Assembly: GCA_051294905.1 (NCBI GenBank)
Contig: CM119372.1
Location: 21,638,001-21,702,000 of the forward strand
DNA length: 64,000 nucleotides
Reading direction: 5' to 3'
DNA from: Botryllus schlosseri
Lineage: Eukaryota
In this document: positions 37,050 to 51,272 of the stretch, piece after piece
How the letters are laid out: each line of letters begins with the position of its first letter
Numbering within the stretch: position 1 is the stretch's first letter
Made by a program: the position numbers and the translations under genes
Notes under the pieces: generated by a model
The model's database searches: none
What the model was told of the DNA's origin: nothing
What the model saw: the letters and a program-made list of their open reading frames with translations, nothing else

Positions 37050-37238
37050 TAAACTACTTCTACTTGACAAACTGAAAATAGCAAAAAAGTAAGTAAGTAG
37101 ATCACAAAATATTATGGAATAGAAGTAGAAGTGGAGAAAATCAGATCTACTTGAGTAAGTAGAAGAAGAGGTAGAAGTAGAGGAAAACTACTTGAGTCCT
37201 TCCAAAAAGTAGAAGTACTTCGTTACTGACCCCCTCTG
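37050..37238. repeat. AAGTAG-array MITE-like family (also about 2110-2350, 4415-4600, 54060-54400)
   Basis: Shared terminus CAGAGG(G/C)GGTCAGTAACGAA and repeated AAGTAG/CTACTT units. Confidence 0.6.
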
Positions 37239-39572
37239 CTTGTAACGGTAATCGATCATGTGTCCCCGTAAATATGTAGACTATCCTGTATATAATGTTT
37301 CCTAAATGCGTCTATTCCCCACCAGAAACCATTGAATTTTCCACCAGTGGGGAATTCCCCACCGATTGGGAACCACTGGTAGAAACAGTGCCGTAAGTTG
37401 CCTTTGATCGAATGGAAAAAATGACCTACCCCAATTGCAGGGAACCGTGAGATTTCCTTGTGTCCACACCATTGTAGGACCAAAGTGTCTTTCGTGGTTG
37501 CTTTGATCGTTTCCAAGTCTAGTGTATTGGGTAGTTCAGTATCACATACAATAAGTGACATGTGCGCCAAGGCTACGACGCGATGACTTTAAAAATAAAA
37601 ATGCGCCCTCCCCCGTATCACACAAGTCGGTTTTATATCACATTAAGGTTTGTCTGACACTTTGGAGTGTCTGCAAAGCTCTATATAGATCGTGGTAAAT
37701 ATTTTCGCTGCTGCAAATATATTGTAATCGCTTACACGTATCAGACGAACTAAAAGAAGATCTCATTTCCTGAGACGAACAGGATTTCCAACTAGCGTAG
37801 GTCACGGGGCTCATTATTTGCTGCGTGCGGCTCAGAGTGCGGGCACAGCATTATTAGGCGCCGGTCATTTCGGTGCCTGGACATAGCAATATTGATCGTT
37901 TTGGCCAACATGCGACGAATATTTCATTTTCAAGATTTTATCAATGATTTTCATGCTACCTGAAATGTTATATGTCTTATTGTCTTCAAGAATGATGATT
38001 CTGGTTCCTAATAGTCTCGCACCAACAGACTGCACAGTCCACACCCTTAGAATAAAGCACCATCACTGCCTCATACGATGTTAGGATGCCATTATCTCAT
38101 AATTGCTAATACGATTGAGCTTATTTCAGTACATTACGAAATGCCACTAAATCGCGCGAAGCGCGTAATATTTTTGCCAGACAATTAAAATCTGCCTCAA
38201 AAGCCTCCACTTTATGTTGGTTTACGAAATGAAGTTGGGTCACTTTCGAGCTTTTTCAATTTTGATATCTTGGTTATAATAATTTGCGGGCCTATAAAAT
38301 CGTTCGGCGTGCCATGAAACATCAACTCCGCGGCGCGGAATAGTCCTGCGCTTGCTATGTGAAGTCAGCACCTCCCTCATCTCCACCAGTAAATCTGATC
38401 ACGTGGACTGGGAGACAATGAAAAATTATTGGCAGTATATACAATTACCGATATTATAGACATAATTCAATCTATGAATTTTTTTCGCGCGTTGCGCGAT
38501 CATGATCAGGCACGCACAACCCCTGATCATTGAAACCGGCATTTAGATGACGTCGTTTTACGCTTGAAATTTGGTCACTGCCGCGCCCATTTGTTTAAAA
38601 TGGGAATAGTAGACTTCCTCAGTTCATATCGCTACCCCGAAACCGTGGATCTTTTTTTTAATTAGCTGTCCAAAATATCAATTTCACTGCAGATTTCTTA
38701 TCGATAAATGTGCCCAGTTACACGGGAATTTTTGTACTGCCGATTTGCTCATTGATCCTCGTATAACTCCTTATGCCGTTGAATTTGTATTATCGTGCAT
38801 CCAAAATTTGTAATTCGAGTGTGCTATGCTATTCTGAAATTTGATTTGTGTTATCGTGTAACCGCCTTTTATGACCCTGAGTGTTTTAACTTCATTTAGA
38901 TATATTTCCTACGTGTACAATGTCATTGACCGTGTACCGAAATCCGTCAGGCGATAAACGCCAAATCCTTTCTTTTACTAAACAACAACAACAACAACAA
39001 CAATAACAACTATTGCCAAATTCACCAAGTGTCGAATTCAACACGCCGAATTCACAGGTGATCCCATGCCTGGTGAATGTGTGTGGAATGTACCATCAAT
39101 TGTGTCACAGAACGATGCCAAGATGTACGTGTACACTATACAGTGGATAAATAATTTATTTAATAGCAACACTTCCTTTCATAAACATCTCATTTCTAGG
39201 GCAACATAACTTAAACGAACACATTAGCCATTTGAATTCCAACTTACTTTTTGATGGCATTAATTTATTATATTCTTTTTCAATATATTTAAATGCTGAT
39301 ATATTGCAAGCTTTGCGTCATTACAACTTTGTGGATTGCACCGCTTCCATGCGCTGATTCCCTATTCGCACACAATTGAAGTTTGCGTCGATTTATGAGC
39401 AATATATAGAATATTTGTCGTGAAATTGAGCTTCAAACCATCATATAAGTCAGCATTCGAGTTTTTCAAGGTATATCCATATAACAAACAATTTTCGTTC
39501 ATTTGCTATAACTTAGATTAAAACACAACGTAATAAAAGTTGGGTCATTTGAGCCATAAAGACTGTATATAT

Positions 39573-40745
39573 CAGACTTGGACAACTAGATAATTCTAAT
39601 TATCTAATTTCATTACTTAGAGCAAATGCCAGTAATCTAATTCTAATCTGATGAGTGAAATGTTTCTATGCTCTAATTACAATCCTGATCTAACTTTTTG
39701 AATGTTTCTATCTCTAATTTTAATTCTAATCTAATGTATTGTTTTCCGGAAAATTCCTCTTTGTCCCGCGGCATTTTGAAGCGAGGTAACAAGAATATCC
39801 CTCTCGCGCAGAGAATCCAGTACCAAGCAGCCAAGCCATGCTAGCATAATATCTTATAATCTTTGAACAACCTTCTTCATAGCTTCGATCACAAACAGAA
39901 CAGCAGCAAAGAAAAAAAGATAGGTAACACAGGCTTCTTCACCTTCGTGCTCCATCTACATCTACATCAAGCACAAATAGGGTGATTGCTTCAGATCTAA
40001 CCGAAGAAAATATATGAGACGATGGAATGGAAGATATTTCACAGCAGACCGTGAGAGCATGCTCAGCATGGACTGTGATATTTTAAGTCACTGGAAAAAG
40101 ATAAATAATTTTCCTCATATCAAGGCGGCTTCTCGAGGACTCGTAGGCATGATTGCAACATTAGCTCCTCCGGGAAGAGTTTTCAGCGATTCAGTAGAAT
40201 TGTATAGTGCAGGGGTCTCCAACTCAAAACGCATCGCGGGACACTATTCAAATTTCGTAGAGGCCGCGGCCGCCGGAAGAATGCAATATCGAGACAAAGT
40301 AGGCCACACAGTTAAGCAACCCCGTTTTCAAAACTTTACGTTAGTACAACGCCGTACTCAGTAACATGATGGGCGATGGACATGGTTACCACAAAAAAAG
40401 TAATATTTTATTTAAAATGTACAAATACAACAAGAAATATCACGATCGAGCCAAGCTTGGTGTACAGACGTTAACCATTCTCATGCTTATCGCTTATCGG
40501 AATGCACACTGATTGGATATGAACCGAACTTGATTTTTGCTGTAGGCCTTTTTCTTTCTCATTCACAATTTCATTCAACTTCCAAGTATTTCCGAATTCC
40601 GTAATACTAATTTTAATCTAATTTGGAAAAAAAGCAGTGTAGCTTTAATTTTAATCCCAATTTAATTTCGAAAAACTTGTGTAGCTCAAATTCTAATTCT
40701 AATCTAATTTGGAAAACCTGTAAATTTTCTAGTTGTCCATTTCTG
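39573..40745 (+). mobile_element. Non-autonomous hAT element with CTAATT arrays and a transposase dimerisation-domain remnant
   Basis: TIRs CAGACTTGGACAACTA / TAGTTGTCCATTTCTG; internal DILSHWKK...FPHIKAASRGLVGMIATLAPPGRVFS resembles the hAT C-terminal domain; carries a nested CAGGGGTCTCCAAC MITE. Confidence 0.85.
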
Positions 40746-41808
40746 GACTGTATGTCTCATCAGTCCCCACGGCACGTGTCTTTAAACCCACCACGTGGGG
40801 AGCGATGATTCGTTTGAGCGACTAAGTATAAATATATTTGAGAAGGCGAAGATCCCTGCATATGTTCACGGTAGTTAACCCTTATACGACAGTACTGACA
40901 CCGAAATATATGCTGTTATCAGTTAAAATGACAAGAGAGTCTTTCACATTTTTGGGTCAATCGGCGCCACATCTGGTCTAAAAATCGACCCCGTTTCTCT
41001 CAACACACTCAAACGCGCAGTTTATAGCTATCGCCTACTTCCATTCCGTATCGCTAAACGCCTCAAGGGGGCGCAGTATGTACCCGAGTTCCACAGATTG
41101 AGAGAGACACCGAGACATATAAATCGGAGTTGATTATTAATTAGTCATTAACCCAGCCATATACACACATGGTATCTAAATATAATTTTATCGTATCGCA
41201 AATATAAGATATACCACGTGTCAGAAATTGCTATACCATACATCGCAACGTTTGGAGTGCTCATTCCCGTTAATTTGAGACGCGTTGCGAGAGTGACGCT
41301 CAGTGCCATATCATTTCAGATTAGATTCATGCGGCCCATTGAGATTGGCGTATTGACATAAATCGTATCACCGCCCGCCCAATATTATTGTGGCACCACC
41401 ACGAAGCGAAGCGACTCACGTAGATATTACACCGGGTTGTTGTTCTTGCTGTTGTTGTTGTTTATTTCACCGGCTTGTTGTTGTTGGTGTTGTTGTTTAT
41501 TTAACCCGACATTTGGCGCTTATCGCCTGACGGCCTTTTGTACCACGGTCATTCAGCATAGTACACGAATAAAGGAGGTAACACGAAATATCGATCAATA
41601 GCACAATGAATTAGGAACAATCACGTGATATATGGCGATTACAGAATAACATTACACCGGGTATAACTCAACGAATAGACAAAACAAAGATACATTGATC
41701 GGATGAGATGAATTCAATAGTTGAGTAACCTAGGTGTCAATATGAACCTCTCAATATACATATTGTTAATAAATCAAATAGCCTACATATGACTATACTA
41801 GTTTACTG

Positions 41809-42167
41809 TTACATGGGAACTGGACGTGTGCTCATTTCCGTGAATTTGGGAAGCCTGGTTCGACCGTCAGTACCGTACCATCTCATGTTAGATGAGCCAT
41901 ACAGTGCATTGAGGTTGGAGTATTCACAATTCTTGTACCACCACGCTCCTGTAAGAGATCTTGCGCAATTAGAAGAAGAATTATCGTGGTCTGCGTCCTT
42001 GGTGGTAAATTGTTGTCCGTTTAAAATGGCTCCAGAATTTGTCGGCTTGGCCATTGCGTCAGTTGCGTTTCCATAGTATCCGCCCACTTCAAGTCTGTAA
42101 TAGTCGGATGCCGGGCCGATTTTGAAATTGCTGTAAACAAGTAGTAGATAGTTTTCGTGTTGGCATC
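41809..42167 (-). CDS. Fibrinogen-related domain terminal exon
   Basis: YSNFKIGPASDYYRLEVGGYYGNATDAM...FTTKDADHD...NCARSLTGAWWYKNCEYSNLNALY...EMSTRP*. The acceptor is either 42167 (phase 1) or 42130 (phase 2). Confidence 0.9.
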
Positions 42168-45100
42168 CTATTAATACCAAGCATAACAGGAATCAAATAA
42201 CTATCGATTGAGTCGTAGTAGCCAAGATATTGAAAATCCCGCTTTCTGTGAATGTTTTGTCATGCATTTACTTTTTTACACAGTAGCCCATGTCTACATA
42301 CTGTGTGAAGAATTCAGTAATTACCGATTGAATCCCTTGCACATCCAATATATGGGACTATTTAGCAGGCATATATAACAGATGATTGACTCTACTTATG
42401 AAGACTATTTTGGTATGGAATCCAAATAATTTGACAAGGAATTTTCGAAGGTATATCGTGCTTTCCGCGATTGGCGAAATAATCTCAGTAATGGAATTGG
42501 TTATATGGACCCATTATACCGCATAATGTGCGTTATTTGACGGATTCAAAAATTCGTAAATTAAGGCTTCATATTAGCAATATATCTCCGAACGACCACT
42601 TAGGCTACTTACCACGAATACCCGTAGCAGGACTTCAAGGTCCAAATATATAATTTTCAGGATGGCTACAAGAAAATACAGACAGGCTCGTCGATAGTGA
42701 GGTAATATTGATATGATATCAAGGCCGTACGTCGCGACAATAAGTTAGGTCAATGGTTCTCAACCTCCGGTCCGCCGGATATATTGCAATTTTATACTTT
42801 ATTGGTGAAATGCAAACTATTGAGGGCTTGTTCGTTGAAAAAAGAAATAAAACGTAAAATATTAAACTGATTTAATACTTTCCCAGTTCCGCAATTTATA
42901 GCATTATGAGGTAACATTAAGCACGGTAACATGTTCGATTTTACTTGAAGTTCAAACCGTATTCGAAGACGACATGCGAGAGACAACTCCGAGCGGACTC
43001 GCTAAACCGCGCAGTTTTCAATTCAATAATTTTGGGAATGGCCGGGTGTAGCTGTTGCCAGGTAGCCTATTCTCGTGCGGCGCATTGTATTAGAAGTAGG
43101 CCTACATCTGGTGGTAATCGGAATGAGAATGGAAACGGGGCAAGGGTTTGGTCTGACTACGAAACGCTTCTCATCTCGGTATTGTCGAAGGGAAGAATAT
43201 TATTCGAGTTCGCCTAGTCCAGGGGACGGCAGCGTGTCACTTGGGGTACTCGAGATGATTTTTCATGGTACGCCGAATAAATTGACACACACAACATGTT
43301 ATAACCGTGTTTGTTGCAAAAAGCGAAACAGAAGTGTTGAAAATTGAATATTCTCGAAGGTGACCAAAATGTATTTCAAAATTTAACATAAAATAGAGTC
43401 TTCTGTGGCATATTATCCAGAAAATTTTCTCCACGCTTCGAGCGATTTAGTGGAACTGAATTCCTGGATTTTAATGTGGGTACCGCCCAAAAATATATCG
43501 ATAAAAATGCAAAATCTGCTTAATATACAGCGATGACTCCAAACGTATTAGAGATTATGAGATAACGACATCCTAATATCGTATGTGGCCGTTGGAATGC
43601 TTTATACTCAAGGCTGCGTTCGGTACAGTATGTGGGAGCGCGATTATTTGGAACCGGCGTTTCTGCTCTGGGTATTTCCAAGTTATGATGCACCCAAACA
43701 TACAACGTTTTGGGCAACATGTGGCTCCGTGAAGTACGCTTCTAAAATGATTGAAGGGTATAAAACCTTGAAATGAAATAACCGCCGCATGCCAAAGCGT
43801 TCGATATTGATAATGAAATGACCGTCGCCGAATAGTCCTATGCCCGCACCCGAGGCCACACGGGGCAAATGACACCCGCATACAAAAATAATGAGCTCCG
43901 CGAAGAAATGCGAATTATATGAATCGTATTTGTCTGACGAAAGGAGATTTTAGTTTAGTTTTGTCTGGTACGTATAAGCAATTCCAATATGTTTTGAACA
44001 GAGGCAATGTTTACCGCGATCTTAAGAGCTTTGCGAACAAGTCTATAGTGCCAGACATCAGACCGAGTTGTTGTATGATAATACAAGGGGCGGAAAATTT
44101 TCATGATAAAGCCATTGTGACAATATTGGTGGTGCGCGTGTCACTTATTGGCTATGGTACCGAACACAGTGGGTTTGGAAACGACGAAAGTAACCATGGA
44201 TGCACAGAAGATCGACCTTGCCATAAACAAACCATGCATATATTCAGGGTAGTAACCAAGTCACAAGGATCCGAGTCACACGTCAATCTCACTTTTATAG
44301 TTTTGATTCAAGTCCAGTTTGGTGATATCGAATGGTTAGCATTTATAATATACTAATCTTCTTCACTTTTAGAAGTTTCTGGTCGCATTTTCAATCCCAG
44401 TACCAATAGACGAAATCCCAACAGTGTTGCTGTTGCTGTTGTTTATTAAAAGAAAATTTTGGCGCTTTTCACCTGTTGGTCTTTTGCACCACGGTCAATA
44501 ATTGAGTAAGAAATGAAAAGCAGTCAATGATGGCATACATATTGGATGGACATAATATTTAAAAATAAAAGCATTTCAGTGAAACAAAAGAACATCAAGG
44601 CCAAAAAAAAATGAAATTCCGGAGCGGTGGAAATAAAACATTCACGGCTATTCACAAAACGGCTTTTGACAAATAATGGTTGCAGGATAACACAAATTCA
44701 ATTGTAAGAGGGATGATTTGATCCTCGATGAGGAGAATTTCAAAGTGAAAATCAACATTCAATTCAGCACATTGAGCAATGTGGAAAGTACGATGGAAAT
44801 CATATTTTGAGCAGTGTTTCCGGATACCGACAAAGAGAGCAAAGTGGAGATTCCACTGAACCTATTCATTCTAAACAAATTGCTATTGAGATGACAGTGG
44901 TTGGACTGAGGGCGAAGAAGGATACTTTCATCTACGCGGTTTCTACGTGCCGGCGGTTTGCTCGCAATGGATGGATTAAAAAGTTTTATAATGATATCCG
45001 TTGTCGAATGCTTGAAATTCTTCGTCCCATAGAACCAGACAGTGCCGCTGGATGATCTTCAGCACCCCGTGTTTTGATAACATCGGCAATTCCTGGCCGA

Positions 45101-47550
45101 TATTGGATGAGTGGGAAGAGGCTGTTTTCGCTAGCCGGTCGTCTTCCACTTTTCTGCTGATCCCGGCGTTCCCTGGAATCCACAAGAATGCCACATCGAT
45201 CCTTCGCTGTCGTAATTCGAGAAGAGATGAGAGAATTTCCTCAACCAGTCTGTAGTGGGGTCGTAAATTAGAGTTGCGCATTCACGATACAGCAGTGGAG
45301 CAGTCGGACATGATCAGGAACTTATCCGTCGTTAGAGAACTTCTATAGATCCAGTTGACAGCCCGTTGAATCGCAATCAGTTCCGTGGAAGAAAAAAAAC
45401 AGATTGCTCGCTAGGGCAAGGATGGAGTTCCGATACTGCGAGTGATGGAATATAAAAAGCTGATCCTCCTGACCCGTCGGTATAAATTGGAGTGTATCCG
45501 ACAAACTGGTCGGCCACATGACTCAGACAGATCTGGTCGAAAGATTCCGAGACATTTCGCGAAGAAGGCTCGTGCAGAAGAGACAAGTCAAGGTGTGGCT
45601 GGGGCAGAAACCAAGGTGTAATCGATAGGAAGTGGTACTTGTCCAATATGATGCCGTCAAAGAGCGACGAGTTCGTGAGCGTATTGAACGTTCGGATGTT
45701 CGGTCTCGTTAGACTGTAGATCTCATGTCAGCTGTCTTCAATGATATGTTGGACGAATTCATTTCCAGGCTCTTGATTCAAAATATGACAATGATAGTTC
45801 GTCTAGATTAGAAGGTGTCAGAGATGAAAAGGCATCCCGTGACATTTGGCTTGGAGCACACGTATTGGGGTGCTGGTCATTGCCTTGGTACAGATCCGAA
45901 GGGCTTTATTCTGGATGGATTGAAGCTTCTTGAGATGGGTGACAGGCGCAAAGAAGTATACAGGCAAACCATATTCCAAAATAGATCTTATGAGTGAACG
46001 GTAGACGCGCAAAAGGGTTCTCTGACTGGCTGTACAACTCGTGCCACTTAATACTCGCAGTAAGTTGAGCCTCTTACAACATTTGGACGAGATATATTCA
46101 ATGTGAGGTTTGTATGACAGTCTTCTGTCAAAAACAACACCAAGGTACTGGAATGTTTCCACAAACGGGATTTCCGAACCATCAAGATGCAGTGAGATGG
46201 AGGGAATGTTGCGCTTACGTATAAAGTGCATTGCTACAGTTTTTGCCTTGGATAATATCAGGCCCCACTGATTACACCAACGTTGTAAGACGTTCAAGGA
46301 ACTTTGTATCGTGTGGACAAGATGGACAAATCACTATCCCAGATTAGAAGATAATCAGCGAATAATGCGTGGGAGCAATCGGTCATTGGTGGAACATCAG
46401 ACACCATTACCGCAAAGAGAAGCGGACTTATGACACTGCCTTGGGACAGACCATTCTCCAGATAGTGTATGTTAGAAAGGGTATTCCCAACACAAACCTG
46501 GAAAGAGCGCGTTGACAAAAAGTTGTTGATCCAGTCTAGCATTTGACCTTTGACCCCATGCTTCGTCAATTTGAACAAAAGACCCTTTCTCCAGACCATA
46601 TCGTAAGCGGATTGTATGTCCAAGAACACTGCAATTACTCACTACCGATAATTATGAATACCCTTAATACATTGTCGTGTAACCCAAGAATATTGTCAAG
46701 CGTACTGCGCCCATGGCGGAAACCAGATTGCTCATCGTTGATGAGGCCATTGGATTCGAGGTACCATCTTAGGCGCTTCGTTACCATGACCTCCATGATC
46801 TTGCACACATGGCTGGTAAGAGATATGGGTCGAGAGGACTTAGCAAGGGAAGGATCTTTGTCCTTTTTTGGAATTGATAAAATGACAGAGCGCTTCACTT
46901 TTTCAGGTAGTAAACCACTACTCCATGAGGTGTTGATAATGGACAAATGCCTCATCATCGGATAACCTATTTTGTCCTGACCCTGACTAGATGTAGCTGC
47001 CTTTCAATTCAGTCACTGAAAACGCGTGGTTTATCGCAATTCGGTAACGAACTAGAGATGTAAGAGTTTACATTGTCTTCGAAGGCATTTTTCCTTGCTT
47101 GAAATTCGGCAGGGTAATTGCGATCACTACTAACCGACTGAAATCGTGCGGCTAATGCATCGGCTTTTGCTTTGTCACCACATATTATAACGTCATTCAC
47201 TCGAGGTATGGACTGATATGTTCGAACTCCTGAGAATGAGCGAACAACTTTCCAGACTTTGGAATAATTGTTCTTATCGTTGAGACGAGAGCAGATCTCT
47301 TCCCAGCTCTCCTTTTTAGAATGTATGATTGTTTCGCGGCATTCTGATCTCAGTCGTTTGAATTCGATAATATCGGCCATGGTGAAACTCCTTTTCATTT
47401 TCAAGAAGGCTGCTTTCTTACGTCTGACCGCTCTTTCACACGAATCATTCCACCAAGGCACCGATTTCTTACGATAACGTGACGGACATTCCCTCAGGAT
47501 GTGCTTGCGAGCCGCGCTGATAACACATGCCTGGAGACGGTCGTTTAGAC

Positions 47551-48356
47551 CAGGGGTCACCAACACGCGGCCCGCGGGCCGCATGCGGCCCACGAGGTCA
47601 TATTTTGCGGCCCGCGACTTGATTTGAGATTTCGGAAGAAAGCTAAGAAAAGATTTTGCAAATGCTGAAATTGACCTTCAATGGCCGAAATACTGCCAAG
47701 ACCGAGACGCTTAGAAAACGGTTTAGGGCAGTGGTTCTGAAACTGTGGGGCGTGTCGCCTTGTGGGCGCGGAGCTGAAGTCAACTGAAAACTTTTTCGCG
47801 CTCCGCGCGATTTGTCTCGTGTTCATAGTTATAGTTATTGCTCTTTGTATAGTCCCGAATTCATATTATAGAATTCTGTCATCAACACTCATAACCATCC
47901 ATGCCATTAAACTATCCGTTCGGATTGCTAGCTCTATGGATGCATTTTGTGACGTGACAATAAGGGGGGAGAGACAATTTTCAGTATCATAAAGCGGGAC
48001 ATGTCTAAAAAGGTTTCAGAACCACTGACTTAGGGCTTCTTCACAAGATCAAGCTTTACGTGGAGATGGTCTTTCATCTAGTAGCGTATATCGCTAGCCC
48101 CAAAAATCGTTTCAAGGTATCGTGCACAGCTCAGAGTTCAAAATAAAATGAAATTGATGACGGTGATATTCTAATACAATATCACTTCTTTTGTGATCAC
48201 TATGCCCATCGACTATGTTAGGTAGCACAGCGTTGTACTGACATAGAGTTTTAAAACGTGGTTGCCTACTTTATATCGATATTGAATTCATGCGGCACGC
48301 GGCCGCTACGAAATTTGAAAAGTGGCCCGCGACCCGTTTTGAGTTGGCGACCCCTG
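47551..48356. mobile_element. hAT MITE inserted in the LINE
   Basis: TIRs CAGGGGTCACCAAC / GTTGGCGACCCCTG; perfect 8-bp TSD GTTTAGAC. Confidence 0.92.
47729..48027. mobile_element. hAT MITE nested inside the 47551-48356 MITE
   Basis: TIRs CAGTGGTTCTGAAAC / GTTTCAGAACCACTG; TSD GTTTAGGG / ACTTAGGG (6 of 8). Confidence 0.85.
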
Positions 48357-50846
48357 GTTTAGACTAGTATCGACATCGGCGCAGCCATGGAAACGGAGGT
48401 AAGAGAAAGTTACACTTTCAGGGACCTTATCGCAGCGGAAGCACAAGAGAACTGATGAACACAATTCGTAACCTTCAACAGATTTTATCCTACGGCGCTT
48501 GACGGAGGAGACACCAAAGTCGCCAAAGCTGTCAAGGAGTTCCGCGTCAGGAATGTCAAGTGGGACCCCAGAAATATAACCACTCTGGCAGTGTAAGACC
48601 TAGCATGGTACAGAGAGGTTTTCATTTGAATTGACTTGCCTGAGACTTTATCTGTCAGGCAGTCGGACTGTAGAAATGCGTTGATTTGCTTCTGAGTCTT
48701 GCAAGTTACAAGGAGATCCCCCGACCAGAGAGGACGAGGCTCTTCATATTCGCCAAGTAACGCAAAGAATGCTCCATGGACTACAGTCGGGTGGAGACGT
48801 TTCATTGAAACACCCTCACTCCATACAAATACTTTCATTCCACTGCTACAATGTTTGGCGTTTTCATTATTAGATGACTTCGTTGGCGTGGATTGCCGAG
48901 TAGAAGGCTGAGTCGCCGGCTGACTAGCAAAGTCTTTAGCCGACACTTTAGCATGAGCTGTTGCACGTCCGTCGCTGTCACTATCACTGCCTAGTGAATC
49001 CGTAGCAACGTGTACCAGTTCACGCTTTCCGACGACGATGTTTCCATCAAACCCCAACCCTCGACCACTGATCAGTCTGGTAATTAACGCTCTCATATTT
49101 TACGAATTGAGCAGCTGAAAAAGACGTGCGTTCGCGACGACGTCTCAAACCGAATGCCCACCAACAGTGTGGTTACTTTACTGTTCTTCTAAATTACAAT
49201 GAAATGTCGGTCTTGGCCGTCTGAGTCTCGAGTCATATGACTTGGTGCGATTCATGCGCAATGTTCTCTCTAATTTTTCACGAGTCTGCAAGTCGCGAGT
49301 GCGTAACGACTAAAAAGCAGATCATCACTTCGGATTTTCTGTGCGCAGAGACCGTGTCAGCACTGTGCACTGGCGCAGCTCAGTGGGAACTTTGGTCATG
49401 CGCAATGACTCGAGTCCAAAGTCAGTGGAGTCGAGTCATTTCCGTATTTTGAGAAAATGACTTGAGTCAAGTCGACTCATCAGAAAATCGTGACTCGAGT
49501 CGGACTCGAATCGAGTCATGACAACCCTGTATATTACGTACATTGAATGACAGCTTTGATGCGGTTTACTTCAATCTCGACATTTTCCTTATGGGACATG
49601 TTACTCGTAGGACTATATGCGTATTTACCAGTCATACTGTGAATATTGAATATAATAAAAAATATTACAACCTGTACTTTGCTGTCCAATACGTTCCATC
49701 GCTTTCGATCATGTTTATGCGCAATTCATGCTGTCCAATTTTAGTGAGCCGGTGTAGTTTTTCAAGTCCTGTTAAATTAGAGAGGTTTACAACAGTCGTT
49801 CTCGACAGGCGGACCTTGGTGGCTCATGAGAGCATTTCCAGGGGACGGCCCTCGGCTATTTGTAAATTATCAATTTCATGAATTTCAGCTAAAAGTAGCC
49901 CACCTGCGATACTAAGAATATGCAATCCCTTGACCAAATCAACTTTTTGGAGTTACTAACATCAGTACTCTCAGGACTTTTCATTTTCTGCTTCACAGCG
50001 TATTTGCAGAGAGTCCTATTCGTATCTCATGACTATACTGACCCGCCGGTCCATCAGAATATATCAAACAATCACCGCTTATTATGGGATTTCTGTTACT
50101 ATATATTCCGTACAAACTACAAATTCCAACAATTAATAATTGCCATGCTTATGAATAATGTAAACTAACGGGACTATAGTCGCCCCGAAAACTTCGTCTC
50201 GACTTAGTAGCAATTGAAATGGACTCCTTATTTGTCGTTTATACTTCACAATGACCCAAATCGTTTCTATATTTTGAGCATACCTGCATGTGGGCCACGA
50301 AGTACATTCAAAGGTTTATATAGTCACTGTTTTACAAAGCGTAACGAATTATTAATCATATCAGAAACATTAAACGGTGGTCGGGCAATGCATTGATCAA
50401 AACAAGAAAGTGACTGTGATTATAATGTTTGTGGCACAATCACAAAAACACAGAATGCATTCCGATGGTACATACCTTTTTTAAATAACATCCTATTTAT
50501 CTCACTTCGAGACATTCATTCTTAGTCTGACCTAATCTGTGAATCTCAAATATGAAATAGTGAGCGGAGCGTATCTCAAGTACAGACACGTACCACGTCA
50601 AATAAAAGAAAAGTACGGGAATGCTCAAATTAATCAATAAATACAGTCTCGGGGTGACACGGCTAGATTATATTATCATAGTGGACAGTAAGCATGCTCG
50701 CTCCGTCTGTAACAGCAGTTAAGCATCTATCCTTCCTCTTCGGGGTGTATAGCCCTTCTGGAGGCAATATAAAACCACCACGTCCGATCAGGGCATGCTT
50801 ACAACTCCCGATGACGGGGTCGTTTGTTTGTTTGTGGTATTGCAAC

Positions 50847-51272
50847 TAGGGTTGCATTTAAAACCAAAATCAATTTAACACAAACATGTTTAAAACAAGG
50901 CCCCAATTTAATACATGTTTTTTTAAAGCCATGACGTCACGAGTATTCAATTGTGACATCATAGTGGATTGAAATTGACAATTGAAAATAAAGGGTAAAT
51001 ATAGCTCCTGTGACGAAATATCTGTACTATTAATGTTGAGCCGACTCTTGAGGGATCCAACCATCCCATATTGATATACGTCGGCTTTATCGAGTGGGAA
51101 TTGTCCGTATACTCGTACAATATGGTTTTTGGAACGTATTTACACAATTATCGCATAATTTTACAACTTAAAAAAACACAATTTTTCAAAAAAGGCTTTT
51201 GTTTAAAACACTGTTTAAAACATAATTTAAACAAAGTGTTTTAAAACACCGTTTGTTTTAAATGTAACCCTA
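50847..51272. mobile_element. hAT MITE with TTTAAAAC arrays
   Basis: TIRs TAGGGTTGCATTTAAAAC / GTTTTAAATGTAACCCTA; perfect TSD ATTGCAAC; other copies at about 15073-15618, 17910-18482, 27382-27457 and a degenerate one near 62325. Confidence 0.92.

Larger units (their letters stand above)
44428..49160 (-). mobile_element. Degenerate I-clade (RNase H-bearing) non-LTR retrotransposon with both ends
   Basis: ORF1 remnant (48485-49096); RT motifs QSGFRHGRST, FLDIQSAYDMVW, QGSVISPLLF, LFADY; RNase H motifs IYTDGS and LWIPGNAGI; 3' AATAAA plus (CAA/CAG)n tail at 44428-44450; 10-bp TSD CCAACAGTGT at 44418-44427 and 49161-49170; frameshifted. Confidence 0.92.
44245..49529. mobile_element. GACTC-repeat MITE split by the LINE (parts 44245-44427 and 49161-49529)
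   Basis: The two flanks join into a sequence colinear with the uninterrupted copy at about 36270-36742; ends CAGGGT...ACCCTG. Confidence 0.75.

Noticed and set aside
43520-44356. ORFs within the ficolin intron as the missing FReD exon
   Set aside because: No frame examined gave LHxLT or ELRIDL-like motifs; the 3' part of the 145-aa ORF runs into MITE sequence.
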